A stretch of 15,361 bases of DNA, from positions 1 to 15,361 of the forward strand of contig JAFNAB010000076.1 in the NCBI GenBank assembly GCA_017859955.1. Direction: 5' to 3'. Position 1 is the stretch's first letter; the number at the start of each line of letters is the position of its first letter. The position numbers and the translations under genes are program-made. The stretch is from Holophagaceae bacterium. Lineage in GTDB: Bacteria > Acidobacteriota > Holophagae > Holophagales > Holophagaceae. Below, piece by piece: positions 1-7,589 of this stretch. The notes below the pieces were generated by a model. The model was not told the DNA's origin and made no database searches. It worked only from the letters and a program-made list of their open reading frames with translations.

Positions 1-1099
1 CTTCACCCCCCTGCACCGCCTCCGGCAGTTCCAGGGGAGCGATTGTCTCCGGCGAAAGGACGACGGCGGGCTCCTCCTCTTCAGGAAGGGGAGGCAGCTC
101 GAATTGGGGAGTGGGCAGAATGGCCTGACCACTTTCGGCGGTGAATCCGGTGTGAGGCTCGACCTCCAGTTCTGCCCCCTGGGGCTCTTCCAGCTCCCCG
201 AGAGGGGTATCGGTCTGAGCGAAAGTTTCCGCCCTCTCCTCGACGGCATCGAAGGCCAGGGAGAGATGCTCCAGATTCGTGGTGGGCCGGGCCGCATCCT
301 CGATGGTGGAGAAGAGCGAAGGAACCGTTTCGATGGGCTCTTCCGGAGGCGGGGGGGGCGGTAGTGGCAGGGAAAGCGGCTCCGGCTCACCGGACAAAAC
401 CTCAGCGAGGACCTGCTTATCCATGGGGGGCATCTCGTGAAGCTTGGCCCAGCCCATCTCCCGGAGGAAGAGGGCAAAGGCGCCGAGACGGAGGGGTTCC
501 GTCAGGCTTTCCCGGCTCAGTTCAAGAAGGGTGTGGGTGCCATCCAGGAAGGGAGGAAGCTTGGCGAGATCAGCGGGCAGGCTCAGCCTGCCCAGGTGTC
601 GCCCCTGGAGCAGGACCACCTGGTTGAGGGGCCCTAGTCCCTCCAGGATGGACTCCCGATCCTTCAGATTGAGGAGCCCGTTCAGAAGCAGAAGATCGGT
701 GTCCATGGGCAGACGCACCACGGAACTCTCCAGTTCCCGCTCCTTGAACTCCGGCTTCTCCTCATGAGTCTCCATCGCCCCGTAGACCACCCGCTCCACC
801 TGAAGCCTGGCCATGTCCAGCAGATCCCGCTGGGTGATGAAACCCATCTCGATCAGATTCTTGCCGATGCTCATGCCCTGCTTGAGATTGGCCAGGGCGT
901 AGTCCAACTGGGCCTGGGTGAGCTTGCCCCTCTCCACCAGGAGACTGGTGAGGCGATCCGCCGGAAAGGTGCTCTGGGCGAAGACGATATCCCCGGCGTC
1001 AAAGAAGACGGTCCGGTACGGCTCCTGCCCCAACCTCCACACACCCGTCGCACGTTCACGCCGATGCCTGAAAAGATCCAGCAGGGCCGTCAATGTCAT
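1..1099 (-). CDS. DUF4388 (PATAN-like) domain protein; N-terminal 366 codons present, C-terminus runs off the left window edge
   Basis: Not in the supplied ORF track, because it has no stop inside the window. I checked every tta/cta/tca on the plus strand from 1 to 1099 and none falls in the frame whose codon low positions are 2 mod 3, so this reverse frame is open throughout. The ATG at 1099-1097 overlaps the tyrS stop (ATGA). Translation begins [106 protein letters not shown]. This fits the DUF4388 pattern (F-x-x-G-x-IV-x-A followed by two G-x-I/L-T/S-x-x-x-L helices). An acidic Pro/Glu-rich low-complexity linker follows. Confidence 0.6.
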   Translation of the reverse strand, partial: MTLTALLDLFRHRRERATGVWRLGQEPYRTVFFDAGDIVFAQSTFPADRLTSLLVERGKLTQAQLDYALANLKQGMSIGKNLIEMGFITQRDLLDMARLQVERVVYGAMETHEEKPEFKERELESSVVRLPMDTDLLLLNGLLNLKDRESILEGLGPLNQVVLLQGRHLGRLSLPADLAKLPPFLDGTHTLLELSRESLTEPLRLGAFALFLREMGWAKLHEMPPMDKQVLAEVLSGEPEPLSLPLPPPPPPEEPIETVPSLFSTIEDAARPTTNLEHLSLAFDAVEERAETFAQTDTPLGELEEPQGAELEVEPHTGFTAESGQAILPTPQFELPPLPEEEEPAVVLSPETIAPLELPEAVQGGE

Positions 1100-2289
1100 C
1101 GCACCACCCACCGTTCGAGTTTGAGCTTGCCTGCCTTGATGAGCCGGGAATCCCCAGACTTGAGCACCAGACGCTGCTGGGGATCGGAAATCTTCTCGCC
1201 ATCCAGGCTCACCGCGCCCTGGGCGATAAGGCGCTCGGCCTCCTTGCGGCTGGCCACCAGTCCCCGATCCACCAGGAGCCGGGTAAGGGCAACTTCGCCC
1301 TCCGTGGGCTCCAGAATCACTTCAGGAGCGTCGTCGGTCTTGCGCTCGGAGAAGCGCCGGACCCACTGCTCCTCGGCCTTCTGGGCTGCATCCTGCCCGT
1401 GGAACTGGCCTACGATCTCCCGGGCCAGCGCCTTCTTGGCATCCATGGGATGCCCCAGCTTCATGGCCTCGATCTCACCAGGCAGCTTGTCCGTCAGCAG
1501 CAGGTACCAGTCCCACATCAGATTGTCGGAAATGCTCATGGCCTTGCCGAACTGGGTGTCGGCGTCCTCGAAGAAGCCGATGTAGTTGCCCAGGGACTTG
1601 GACATCTTCTCCACGCCATCGAGGCCCAGGAGCAGGGGGACGGTCAGCACGATCTGGGAGGGCTGCCCCAGGGATTCCTGGAGGTCCCGGCCCCGCATAA
1701 GGTTGAAGAGCTGATCGTTGCCGCCCAGCTCCACGTCGGCCTCGAGGGCCACGGAATCGTAGGCCTGCATCAGGGGGTAGAGGAGCTCATGGAAGCTGAT
1801 GGGCTGGTTTTCCGCCAAGCGCTTCTGGAAGTCGTTGCGCTCCAGCATCTGGGCGACCGTGAACTTGGAGGCCAGACGGATCCAGTCGGGTCCGTGCAGG
1901 GGGTCCGACCATTCGCTGTTGAAACGGACCTCCGTCTTCTCCGGATCCAGGATCTTGAAAACCTGAGACTTGTAGGTCTCGGCGTTGACCAGGATCTCCT
2001 CGCGGGACAGGGGAGGCCGGGTGGCCTTCTTGCCCGTGGGGTCGCCGATCATGGCGGTGAAGTCGCCGATCAGGAAGATGACGGTGTGCCCCAGTTTCTG
2101 GAACTGGGCCATCTTGCGCAGCAGGACGCCGTGTCCGAGGTGGAGATCTGGGGCCGTGGGGTCGAAGCCAGCCTTCACCCGGAGGGGCCGCCCCTGGGTA
2201 AGCCGGGCCTTCAATGCCTCCCGGGTATGGCAAGTGACGGTGCCCTTCAGAAGAAGGTCGAGGGATTCCTGAATCGAAGCGGTACTCAT
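1096..2289 (-). CDS. tyrS: tyrosine--tRNA ligase (class I aaRS with C-terminal S4-like domain)
   Basis: 397-aa ORF with ATG start. HIGH-type motif HLGH ([10 protein letters not shown]), KMSKS motif ([11 protein letters not shown]), and a C-terminal S4-like RNA-binding tail ([30 protein letters not shown]). Confidence 0.95.
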   Translation of the reverse strand: MSTASIQESLDLLLKGTVTCHTREALKARLTQGRPLRVKAGFDPTAPDLHLGHGVLLRKMAQFQKLGHTVIFLIGDFTAMIGDPTGKKATRPPLSREEILVNAETYKSQVFKILDPEKTEVRFNSEWSDPLHGPDWIRLASKFTVAQMLERNDFQKRLAENQPISFHELLYPLMQAYDSVALEADVELGGNDQLFNLMRGRDLQESLGQPSQIVLTVPLLLGLDGVEKMSKSLGNYIGFFEDADTQFGKAMSISDNLMWDWYLLLTDKLPGEIEAMKLGHPMDAKKALAREIVGQFHGQDAAQKAEEQWVRRFSERKTDDAPEVILEPTEGEVALTRLLVDRGLVASRKEAERLIAQGAVSLDGEKISDPQQRLVLKSGDSRLIKAGKLKLERWVVR

Positions 2290-2331
2290 GAAAGCATATT
2301 GGCTTAAATGAGGACGTTCATCCAGCCTTGG

Positions 2332-2838
2332 TTACTCGACCCGGATATCCGTCAGGCTCTTGTCCTCCATTTCGACCACCAGGCGCCCCCCACCGGCAAA
2401 CCGGTAGGCGATGCGGACCCGCTTGGTTCCCCCTGACTCCGAATGACTCTCGACCTGAAGACCCCCGCCCTTCTTGGGATCGAAGAGGGTCTTCAGGTCG
2501 GGGCGCTGGACCGGAATCTCGCCGATACGGGCCCGCCAGGCCTCGGAGGCCTTCAGGAAGTCCTCCACCGTCGGATAATTCCGGGCAAGGCCGGGATTGG
2601 CCAGGTAGAGGGCCCTGGCGCCTTCCTCGGTGCGGGCCATTTCCGCGCTCTCGCGCATCTGGGCCCAGGCCTTGTCCATGGCCCGCGTTCCGGCCCTGAA
2701 CATCAGGAAGCCGCCCCCTGCGCAGGTGGCGAAGAAGAGCAGCACCACGATGCCACAGCCCAGGCCCACCTTGGTCCAGGTGGACCAGCCCTTGGGCTTG
2801 ACCGGCATACCTCCGTTGTCCCAGCTCGAATCGACCAT
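2332..2838 (-). CDS. hypothetical single-pass membrane protein
   Basis: 168-aa ORF. One hydrophobic helix (VGLGCGIVVLLFFATCAGGGFLMF) followed by a soluble domain with no motif I recognise. AGGGGT lies 6 nt upstream of the ATG. The start is only 9 nt after the PhoH2 stop, so it is probably co-transcribed. Third positions are G/C-rich, as in the neighbouring genes. Confidence 0.6.
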   Translation of the reverse strand: MVDSSWDNGGMPVKPKGWSTWTKVGLGCGIVVLLFFATCAGGGFLMFRAGTRAMDKAWAQMRESAEMARTEEGARALYLANPGLARNYPTVEDFLKASEAWRARIGEIPVQRPDLKTLFDPKKGGGLQVESHSESGGTKRVRIAYRFAGGGRLVVEMEDKSLTDIRVE

Positions 2839-2847
2839 GGCAGACCC

Positions 2848-4176
2848 CTAAAGCAGATTGCTGGCCAGTTCCGCCAAGTGGCTGCGCTCCCCCTTCAGCA
2901 GGGTCACATGGCCCGCCACGTCGACCTGCTTGAAGTGCTCGGCCAGGAAGCTGAGCCCGTTGGTATTGGAATCCACGTAGGGGTTGTCGATCTGGTAGGG
3001 ATCCCCCGTGAGGACGATCTTGGTGCCGACTCCGGCCCGGGTCAGGATGGTCTTGACCTCATGGGGGGTGAGGTTCTGAGCCTCATCCACGATGATGTAC
3101 TGGTTGGGAATGCTGCGGCCCCGGATATAGGTCAGGGGTTCCACCGCCAGGTACCCGCCCTCTTCCAGCTGGGCTACGGTCATGCTGGTGCGCCTCCGCA
3201 TCTCCGTATTGGCGCTCACGATGTAGTCGAGGTTGTCATAAATGGGCTGCATGTAAGGGCGGAGCTTCTCCTCCACATCTCCCGGGAGGAAGCCCAGATC
3301 CCGGCCCATGGGCATGACGGGCCTGCTTACTAACAATTTATTATAACGCTCATCATCCACCACCTGCTGGAGACCTGCGGCGATGGCCAGTAGGGTCTTG
3401 CCGGTGCCCGCCTTGCCGAGCAGTGTGACGACCTGGATCGAATCGTCGAGGAGGAGATCCAGCGCGAACTGCTGCTCCCGGTTGCGGGGCTTCACACCCC
3501 AGGGCATCGCCTCCAGGCGGCGAAGAGGGTGCAAGCGGCCATCATTGGCCATGAAGCGCCCCAGAGCCGTATGGTTCTCATCAGCCTGGTCCACCAGGGT
3601 CACGAACTGGTTGGCCAGGAAGCGGTCCTCTCCCTCCGGGACCAACCCACCGTCGAAGAGCATCTCGATGAGGGAGCTGTCCACAGTCCAGGTCGCAGTC
3701 CCGGGATAAAGCTCGTCCACCTCCACCCGATCGGTGAAATAGTCTTCCGCAAGCACTCCGGCTGCATCCGCCTTGATGCGTAGATTGGTGTCCTTGGTGA
3801 CCAGGACCACCTTCTCCTTCCGGAATTTGTAGAGCTCCAGGGCGCAGCCAAGGATCTGGTTGTCGGCCTTGTGCTTGTCCAGGACAAAGAGCGAGTTGTC
3901 CTGGGCGTGGTTGGTCACGTCCACCTTGAGAGAGCCGCCACCCTCCAGGGTGACCCCCTTGCTCAAGGTGCCCAGGGCCCGCAGCTTGTCAATCTGTCGC
4001 GAGACGGAGCGGGCATTCCGACCGATTTCCGTCTGATCCTTCTTGAAGTTGTCGATCTCCTCGATCACAACGATCGGGATCACGATGTCATGCTCCTGGA
4101 AGTGGAAGATGGCCATCGGATCGTGGAGCAGGACATTCGTGTCCAGAACGAAGACCTTCTTGCTGGATGCCACCAT
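2848..4176 (-). CDS. PhoH2-type protein: N-terminal PIN nuclease domain fused to PhoH-like P-loop ATPase
   Basis: PIN acidic residues occur in VLDTNVLLHDP, VIEEID, DNQIL and VTKDTNLR. Walker A is GKAGTGKT and Walker B is IIVDEAQN, followed by a PhoH-like C-terminus (LTGDPYQID). The track ORF starts at ATG 4233. I prefer the internal ATG at 4176 (MVASSKKVFVLDTN) because GGGAGA sits 6 nt upstream and family members normally start just before the VLDTN strand. Start choice is uncertain. Confidence 0.85.
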   Translation of the reverse strand: MVASSKKVFVLDTNVLLHDPMAIFHFQEHDIVIPIVVIEEIDNFKKDQTEIGRNARSVSRQIDKLRALGTLSKGVTLEGGGSLKVDVTNHAQDNSLFVLDKHKADNQILGCALELYKFRKEKVVLVTKDTNLRIKADAAGVLAEDYFTDRVEVDELYPGTATWTVDSSLIEMLFDGGLVPEGEDRFLANQFVTLVDQADENHTALGRFMANDGRLHPLRRLEAMPWGVKPRNREQQFALDLLLDDSIQVVTLLGKAGTGKTLLAIAAGLQQVVDDERYNKLLVSRPVMPMGRDLGFLPGDVEEKLRPYMQPIYDNLDYIVSANTEMRRRTSMTVAQLEEGGYLAVEPLTYIRGRSIPNQYIIVDEAQNLTPHEVKTILTRAGVGTKIVLTGDPYQIDNPYVDSNTNGLSFLAEHFKQVDVAGHVTLLKGERSHLAELASNLL

Positions 4177-4283
4177 GCGTTTTCTCCCTTGAGAGCGGCG
4201 CTGCCTTGGCTGGAAGCCTACCAGCCCGGGCATCGGCGGGAAACCTTCTCATGCAATGAGATGCCGCAAGGCAGACTTGTGGA

Positions 4284-4315
4284 CCAAAAAAGAACGGGGT
4301 CCGAAGACCCCGTCC
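4284..4315 (-). terminator. rho-independent terminator of the CoA-transferase/ACAD/etfBA operon
   Basis: On the minus strand there is an 8-bp GC-rich stem (4294-4301 pairing with 4306-4313), a UUCG tetraloop (reverse complement of cgaa at 4302-4305), then TCTTTTTTGG. It starts about 23 nt downstream of the etfA stop. Confidence 0.8.
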
Positions 4316-4337
4316 GTTCCTGCAATTCAGTCGCAGA

Positions 4338-5537
4338 TCAGGCCTGGGCCTTGATCTTCTTGAACTCTTCGATCAGCACCGGCACGACTTCCAGGGCATC
4401 GCCCACGATGCCGTAGGTGGCGATATCGAAGATGGGCGCATTGGCGTCCTTGTTGACGGCGATGATGATGTCCGAGGAGGACATGCCCGCCACGTGCTGG
4501 ATGGCGCCAGAGATACCGACGGCGAAGTAGATCTTGGGACCGACGGTCTTGCCGGTCTGACCCACCTGGTGCATGGCAGGCATCCAGCCCGCATCCACAG
4601 CAGCACGGGAGGCACCGACGGCGCCGCCCAGGACCTGGGCCAGCTCTTCCAGCAGGGCGAAGTGCTCGGGCTTCTTCATGCCGCGTCCGCCGGAAACGAT
4701 GATCTCGGCCTCTTCAAGGTTGCAGGCGGCCCCGGCCAGTTTGACGACTTCAACCAGCTTGGTGCGGATTTCGCTCGCCTTGGCCTTGCTGGCCACCCGG
4801 ATCACTTCGCCGCTGCGGGTGTAGTCCGCCGCAGGCTTCTTGAACACGGAAGGACGGACCGTGCCCATCTGGGGACGGTGCTCGGGGCAGAGGATGGTCG
4901 CCATGATGTTGCCGCCGAAGGCGGGACGGGTCCAGGCCACGAGGCCGGTGGCTTCGTCGATGCCCAGGTCGGTGCAGTCGGCGGTGAGGCCGGTGTTGAC
5001 CCGGCAGGCCACGCGGGCACCGAAGTCCCGACCATCATTGGTGGCACCCATGAGGACCACCGAGGGACGGTAGGTGTTGATGAGGTCGGTCATGGTGATG
5101 GTGTAGCCATCGGTGTTGTAGTGCTTCAGCTCGGGGGCTTCCACCAGGTAGACCTGATCCACACCGTAGGCGAAGGCTTCCTTGGCCAGATCCGCCACGC
5201 CGTCGCCGATGATCACAGCGGCCAGCTTCTGGTTCATGGCATCGGCCAGCTTCCGGCCTTCGCCGATGAGCTCGAGGCCCACATTGCGGGGAGCACCCTC
5301 GAAGATCTCCAGGTAGACCCAGACATCCTTGTAGGCGTTCTTATCGATGGCGATGACCTTTTCTTCAGCCTCACGGACGATGGCGGTCACCGGGCAGGTG
5401 TCCACACAGGCGCCGCACTGGGTGCAGGCATCGCCGATCACAGCCTTGTCCACGTTCATGGAGATGGCATCAAAAGGGCACGCGCTCACACAGGCAGAGC
5501 ACCCTACGCACTTGTCTTCAATAACCTTCACAGCCAT
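4338..5537 (-). CDS. etfA: electron transfer flavoprotein alpha subunit with N-terminal 2x[4Fe-4S] ferredoxin domain
   Basis: 399-aa ORF with ATG start and AAAGGGA upstream. The N-terminus carries two CxxCxxCxxxCP motifs ([12 protein letters not shown] and [12 protein letters not shown]). The rest is typical EtfA, including the C-terminal FAD-binding region ([24 protein letters not shown]). Confidence 0.9.
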   Translation of the reverse strand: MAVKVIEDKCVGCSACVSACPFDAISMNVDKAVIGDACTQCGACVDTCPVTAIVREAEEKVIAIDKNAYKDVWVYLEIFEGAPRNVGLELIGEGRKLADAMNQKLAAVIIGDGVADLAKEAFAYGVDQVYLVEAPELKHYNTDGYTITMTDLINTYRPSVVLMGATNDGRDFGARVACRVNTGLTADCTDLGIDEATGLVAWTRPAFGGNIMATILCPEHRPQMGTVRPSVFKKPAADYTRSGEVIRVASKAKASEIRTKLVEVVKLAGAACNLEEAEIIVSGGRGMKKPEHFALLEELAQVLGGAVGASRAAVDAGWMPAMHQVGQTGKTVGPKIYFAVGISGAIQHVAGMSSSDIIIAVNKDANAPIFDIATYGIVGDALEVVPVLIEEFKKIKAQA

Positions 5538-5553
5538 AGTCTGAGTCCCTTTT

Positions 5554-6339
5554 CTACACGATTTTCGCGTCGGCGAGTTTCTGCATCAGCTCGGAAACGG
5601 ATTCCTTCGCCGTGGCCATCTGGATCTTCACGCCGTCAGTGCGCTTGGAAGGGGAGAAGATCTTCCGCACCTGGGTGGGAGAACCCTTCAGTCCCAGCTT
5701 GGCGGCGTCCACGATGAGGTCCTGGGCCGTCAGGGTCTGGATGTTGGTGCGCAGCGCCCGGAGGACCCCCTTGCAGGAGCTGTAGCGGGGCTCATTGATG
5801 GTCTTCACGACGGTGACCACCAGGGGGAACTTGCCTTCCACCACCTCAAAGCACTCCTCGTGCTCGCGGGTGCCGCGGACCGTGGTGCCCTCCACCTCAA
5901 TCTTGCACACGTAGGTGAGCTGGGCGATGCCAAGGTGCTCGGCCATTTCGGGGCCCACCTGGGCGGTATCGCCGTCGATGGCCTGCTTGCCGCAGAGGAT
6001 GAGGTCGAAGTGTCCGAGTTTGCGGGCAGCAGCGGCCAGGGTGTAGCTGGTGGCCAGGGTGTCGGCGCCACCGAAGGCGCGGTCGCTGATCAGGACAGCC
6101 TCGTCGGCTCCCATGGCCAGACACTCCTTCAGGGCCTCCTTGGCCTGGGCGGGGCCCATGGAGAGTACGGTCACCTTGCCACCGTGCTTCTCCTTGAGCT
6201 GGAGAGCGGTTTCAAGGGCATTCTTGTCGAAAGGGTTCACGATGCTCGGCACGCCCTGGCGGATCAGGGTGTTGGTCACGGGGTCGATCTTGACCTCGGT
6301 GGTGTCGGGCACCTGTTTGATGCACACAATGATATTCAT
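5554..6339 (-). CDS. etfB: electron transfer flavoprotein beta subunit (bifurcating-type signature)
   Basis: Typical EtfB N-terminus MNIIVCIKQVPDTTEV. Contains GKQAIDGDTAQVGP. The track starts the ORF at a TTG at 6348. I prefer ATG 6339, which has GGGAGG 11 nt upstream; that box would be only 2 nt from the TTG. Confidence 0.9.
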   Translation of the reverse strand: MNIIVCIKQVPDTTEVKIDPVTNTLIRQGVPSIVNPFDKNALETALQLKEKHGGKVTVLSMGPAQAKEALKECLAMGADEAVLISDRAFGGADTLATSYTLAAAARKLGHFDLILCGKQAIDGDTAQVGPEMAEHLGIAQLTYVCKIEVEGTTVRGTREHEECFEVVEGKFPLVVTVVKTINEPRYSSCKGVLRALRTNIQTLTAQDLIVDAAKLGLKGSPTQVRKIFSPSKRTDGVKIQMATAKESVSELMQKLADAKIV

Positions 6340-6388
6340 TTGATCCAATGCCTCCCAGATTGCATGTTATGGCTTGTATTTAAACGAA

Positions 6389-7519
6389 CTACTTTAACAG
6401 ATTACCTGCAATCACGATCCGCTGGATCTGGTTGGTGCCCTCAAAGATCTGGTGGACCTTGGCGTCCCTCATGAGCTTCTCCACAGGGTATTCCCGGCTG
6501 TAACCATAGCCGCCGAAGATCTGCACAGCGTCCGTGGTGACTTCCATGGCGATGTCGGTGGTGAACTTCTTGGCCATGGCGGCCTGCTTGCCGAAGGGTT
6601 TGCCGTTCTGCTTGAGCCAGGCGGCCTGGTAGGTCAGGAGGCGGGCAGCCTCCACCTTGGTGGCCATGTCGGCCAGCATGAAGGAGATGCCCTGGTTGGC
6701 GGCGATGGGCTTGCCGAACTGGGCGCGCTCCTTGGCGTATTTGATGGAATGTTCCAGGGCGGCCTGGGCGAGACCCAGAGCCTGGGCGGCGCACCCGATG
6801 CGGCCCACATCCAGGGTCTGCATGCAGTATTTGAAGGCGTCCCCCTCCTTGCCCAGGAGGTTGGCCTTGGGCACCCGGACATCCTGGAGAATGATCTCGG
6901 TGGTGACGGCGGAGCGAAGGCCCATCTTGTGTTCCTTCTTGCCCATGGTGAAGCCGGGGGTGCCCTTCTCCACGATGAAGCAGCTCAGCCCCTTCAGGCC
7001 CTTGCTGCGGTCCGTCACGGCGATCACCAGGTAGATGTCGGCGTAGTTGCTGATGAAGCACTTGGTGCCGTTGAGCACCCATTCGTCACCCTCGAGCACC
7101 GCTGTGGTCTGCTGGGCGGAGGCATCGCTGCCGGCTCCGGGCTCGGTAAGGGCGAAACCGCCCAGGGCCGTACCCTCCACCAGGGGACGCAGGTATTTCT
7201 GCTTCTGCTCCTCAGTGCCATAGGAGTGGATGGGGAAGCCCCCCAGCCCGCCGCCACCGATGGCGATGCAAAGGGACACGTCCACCCGGGCGATCTCCTC
7301 GGTGGCGATGATGTAGCTCAGATAGTCCCCACCAGCGCCACCGTACTGATCCTGGTAGTGGATGCCCTGGAATCCATAACTGGCCACCTTGTCGAAGAGG
7401 GCGCGATCAAAGCGCTCCTCTTCGTCCCGTTCCTGGACGCTGGGGGCGATGTAGGTCTCGGCAACCTCCCTCGCCAGCTTCTGGATCATCCGGTTTTCTT
7501 CAGACAATTCGAAATGCAT
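6389..7519 (-). CDS. acyl-CoA dehydrogenase (short-chain/butyryl-CoA dehydrogenase-like)
   Basis: 376-aa ORF with AAGGAG upstream of the ATG. ACAD hallmarks are FALTEPGAGSDA, a C-terminal GGYGYSREYPVEKLMRDAKVHQIFEGTNQIQR with the usual catalytic-Glu position, and overall Bcd-like length. Confidence 0.9.
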   Translation of the reverse strand: MHFELSEENRMIQKLAREVAETYIAPSVQERDEEERFDRALFDKVASYGFQGIHYQDQYGGAGGDYLSYIIATEEIARVDVSLCIAIGGGGLGGFPIHSYGTEEQKQKYLRPLVEGTALGGFALTEPGAGSDASAQQTTAVLEGDEWVLNGTKCFISNYADIYLVIAVTDRSKGLKGLSCFIVEKGTPGFTMGKKEHKMGLRSAVTTEIILQDVRVPKANLLGKEGDAFKYCMQTLDVGRIGCAAQALGLAQAALEHSIKYAKERAQFGKPIAANQGISFMLADMATKVEAARLLTYQAAWLKQNGKPFGKQAAMAKKFTTDIAMEVTTDAVQIFGGYGYSREYPVEKLMRDAKVHQIFEGTNQIQRIVIAGNLLK

Positions 7520-7589
7520 CAGTCTTTACTCCTTGCAGATACCAGCATGTCCCTGCGACATGCCTTCAGGGATTACCTAAGGGGTTGGA

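Noticed and set aside
351-358. G8 homopolymer (C8 on the coding strand) as a possible slipped-strand phase-variation switch in the DUF4388 gene
   Set aside because: It simply encodes a poly-proline stretch (LPPPPPPEE) in a Pro/Glu-rich linker. Tracts of this length are common in GC-rich genomes, and nothing else suggests a contingency locus.
2848-4233. PhoH2 as the toxin of a toxin-antitoxin or defence module
   Set aside because: There is no small antitoxin-like ORF upstream or overlapping the 5' end, and no neighbouring defence, mobile or integrase genes. The gene heads an operon with tyrS, which looks like a housekeeping context.
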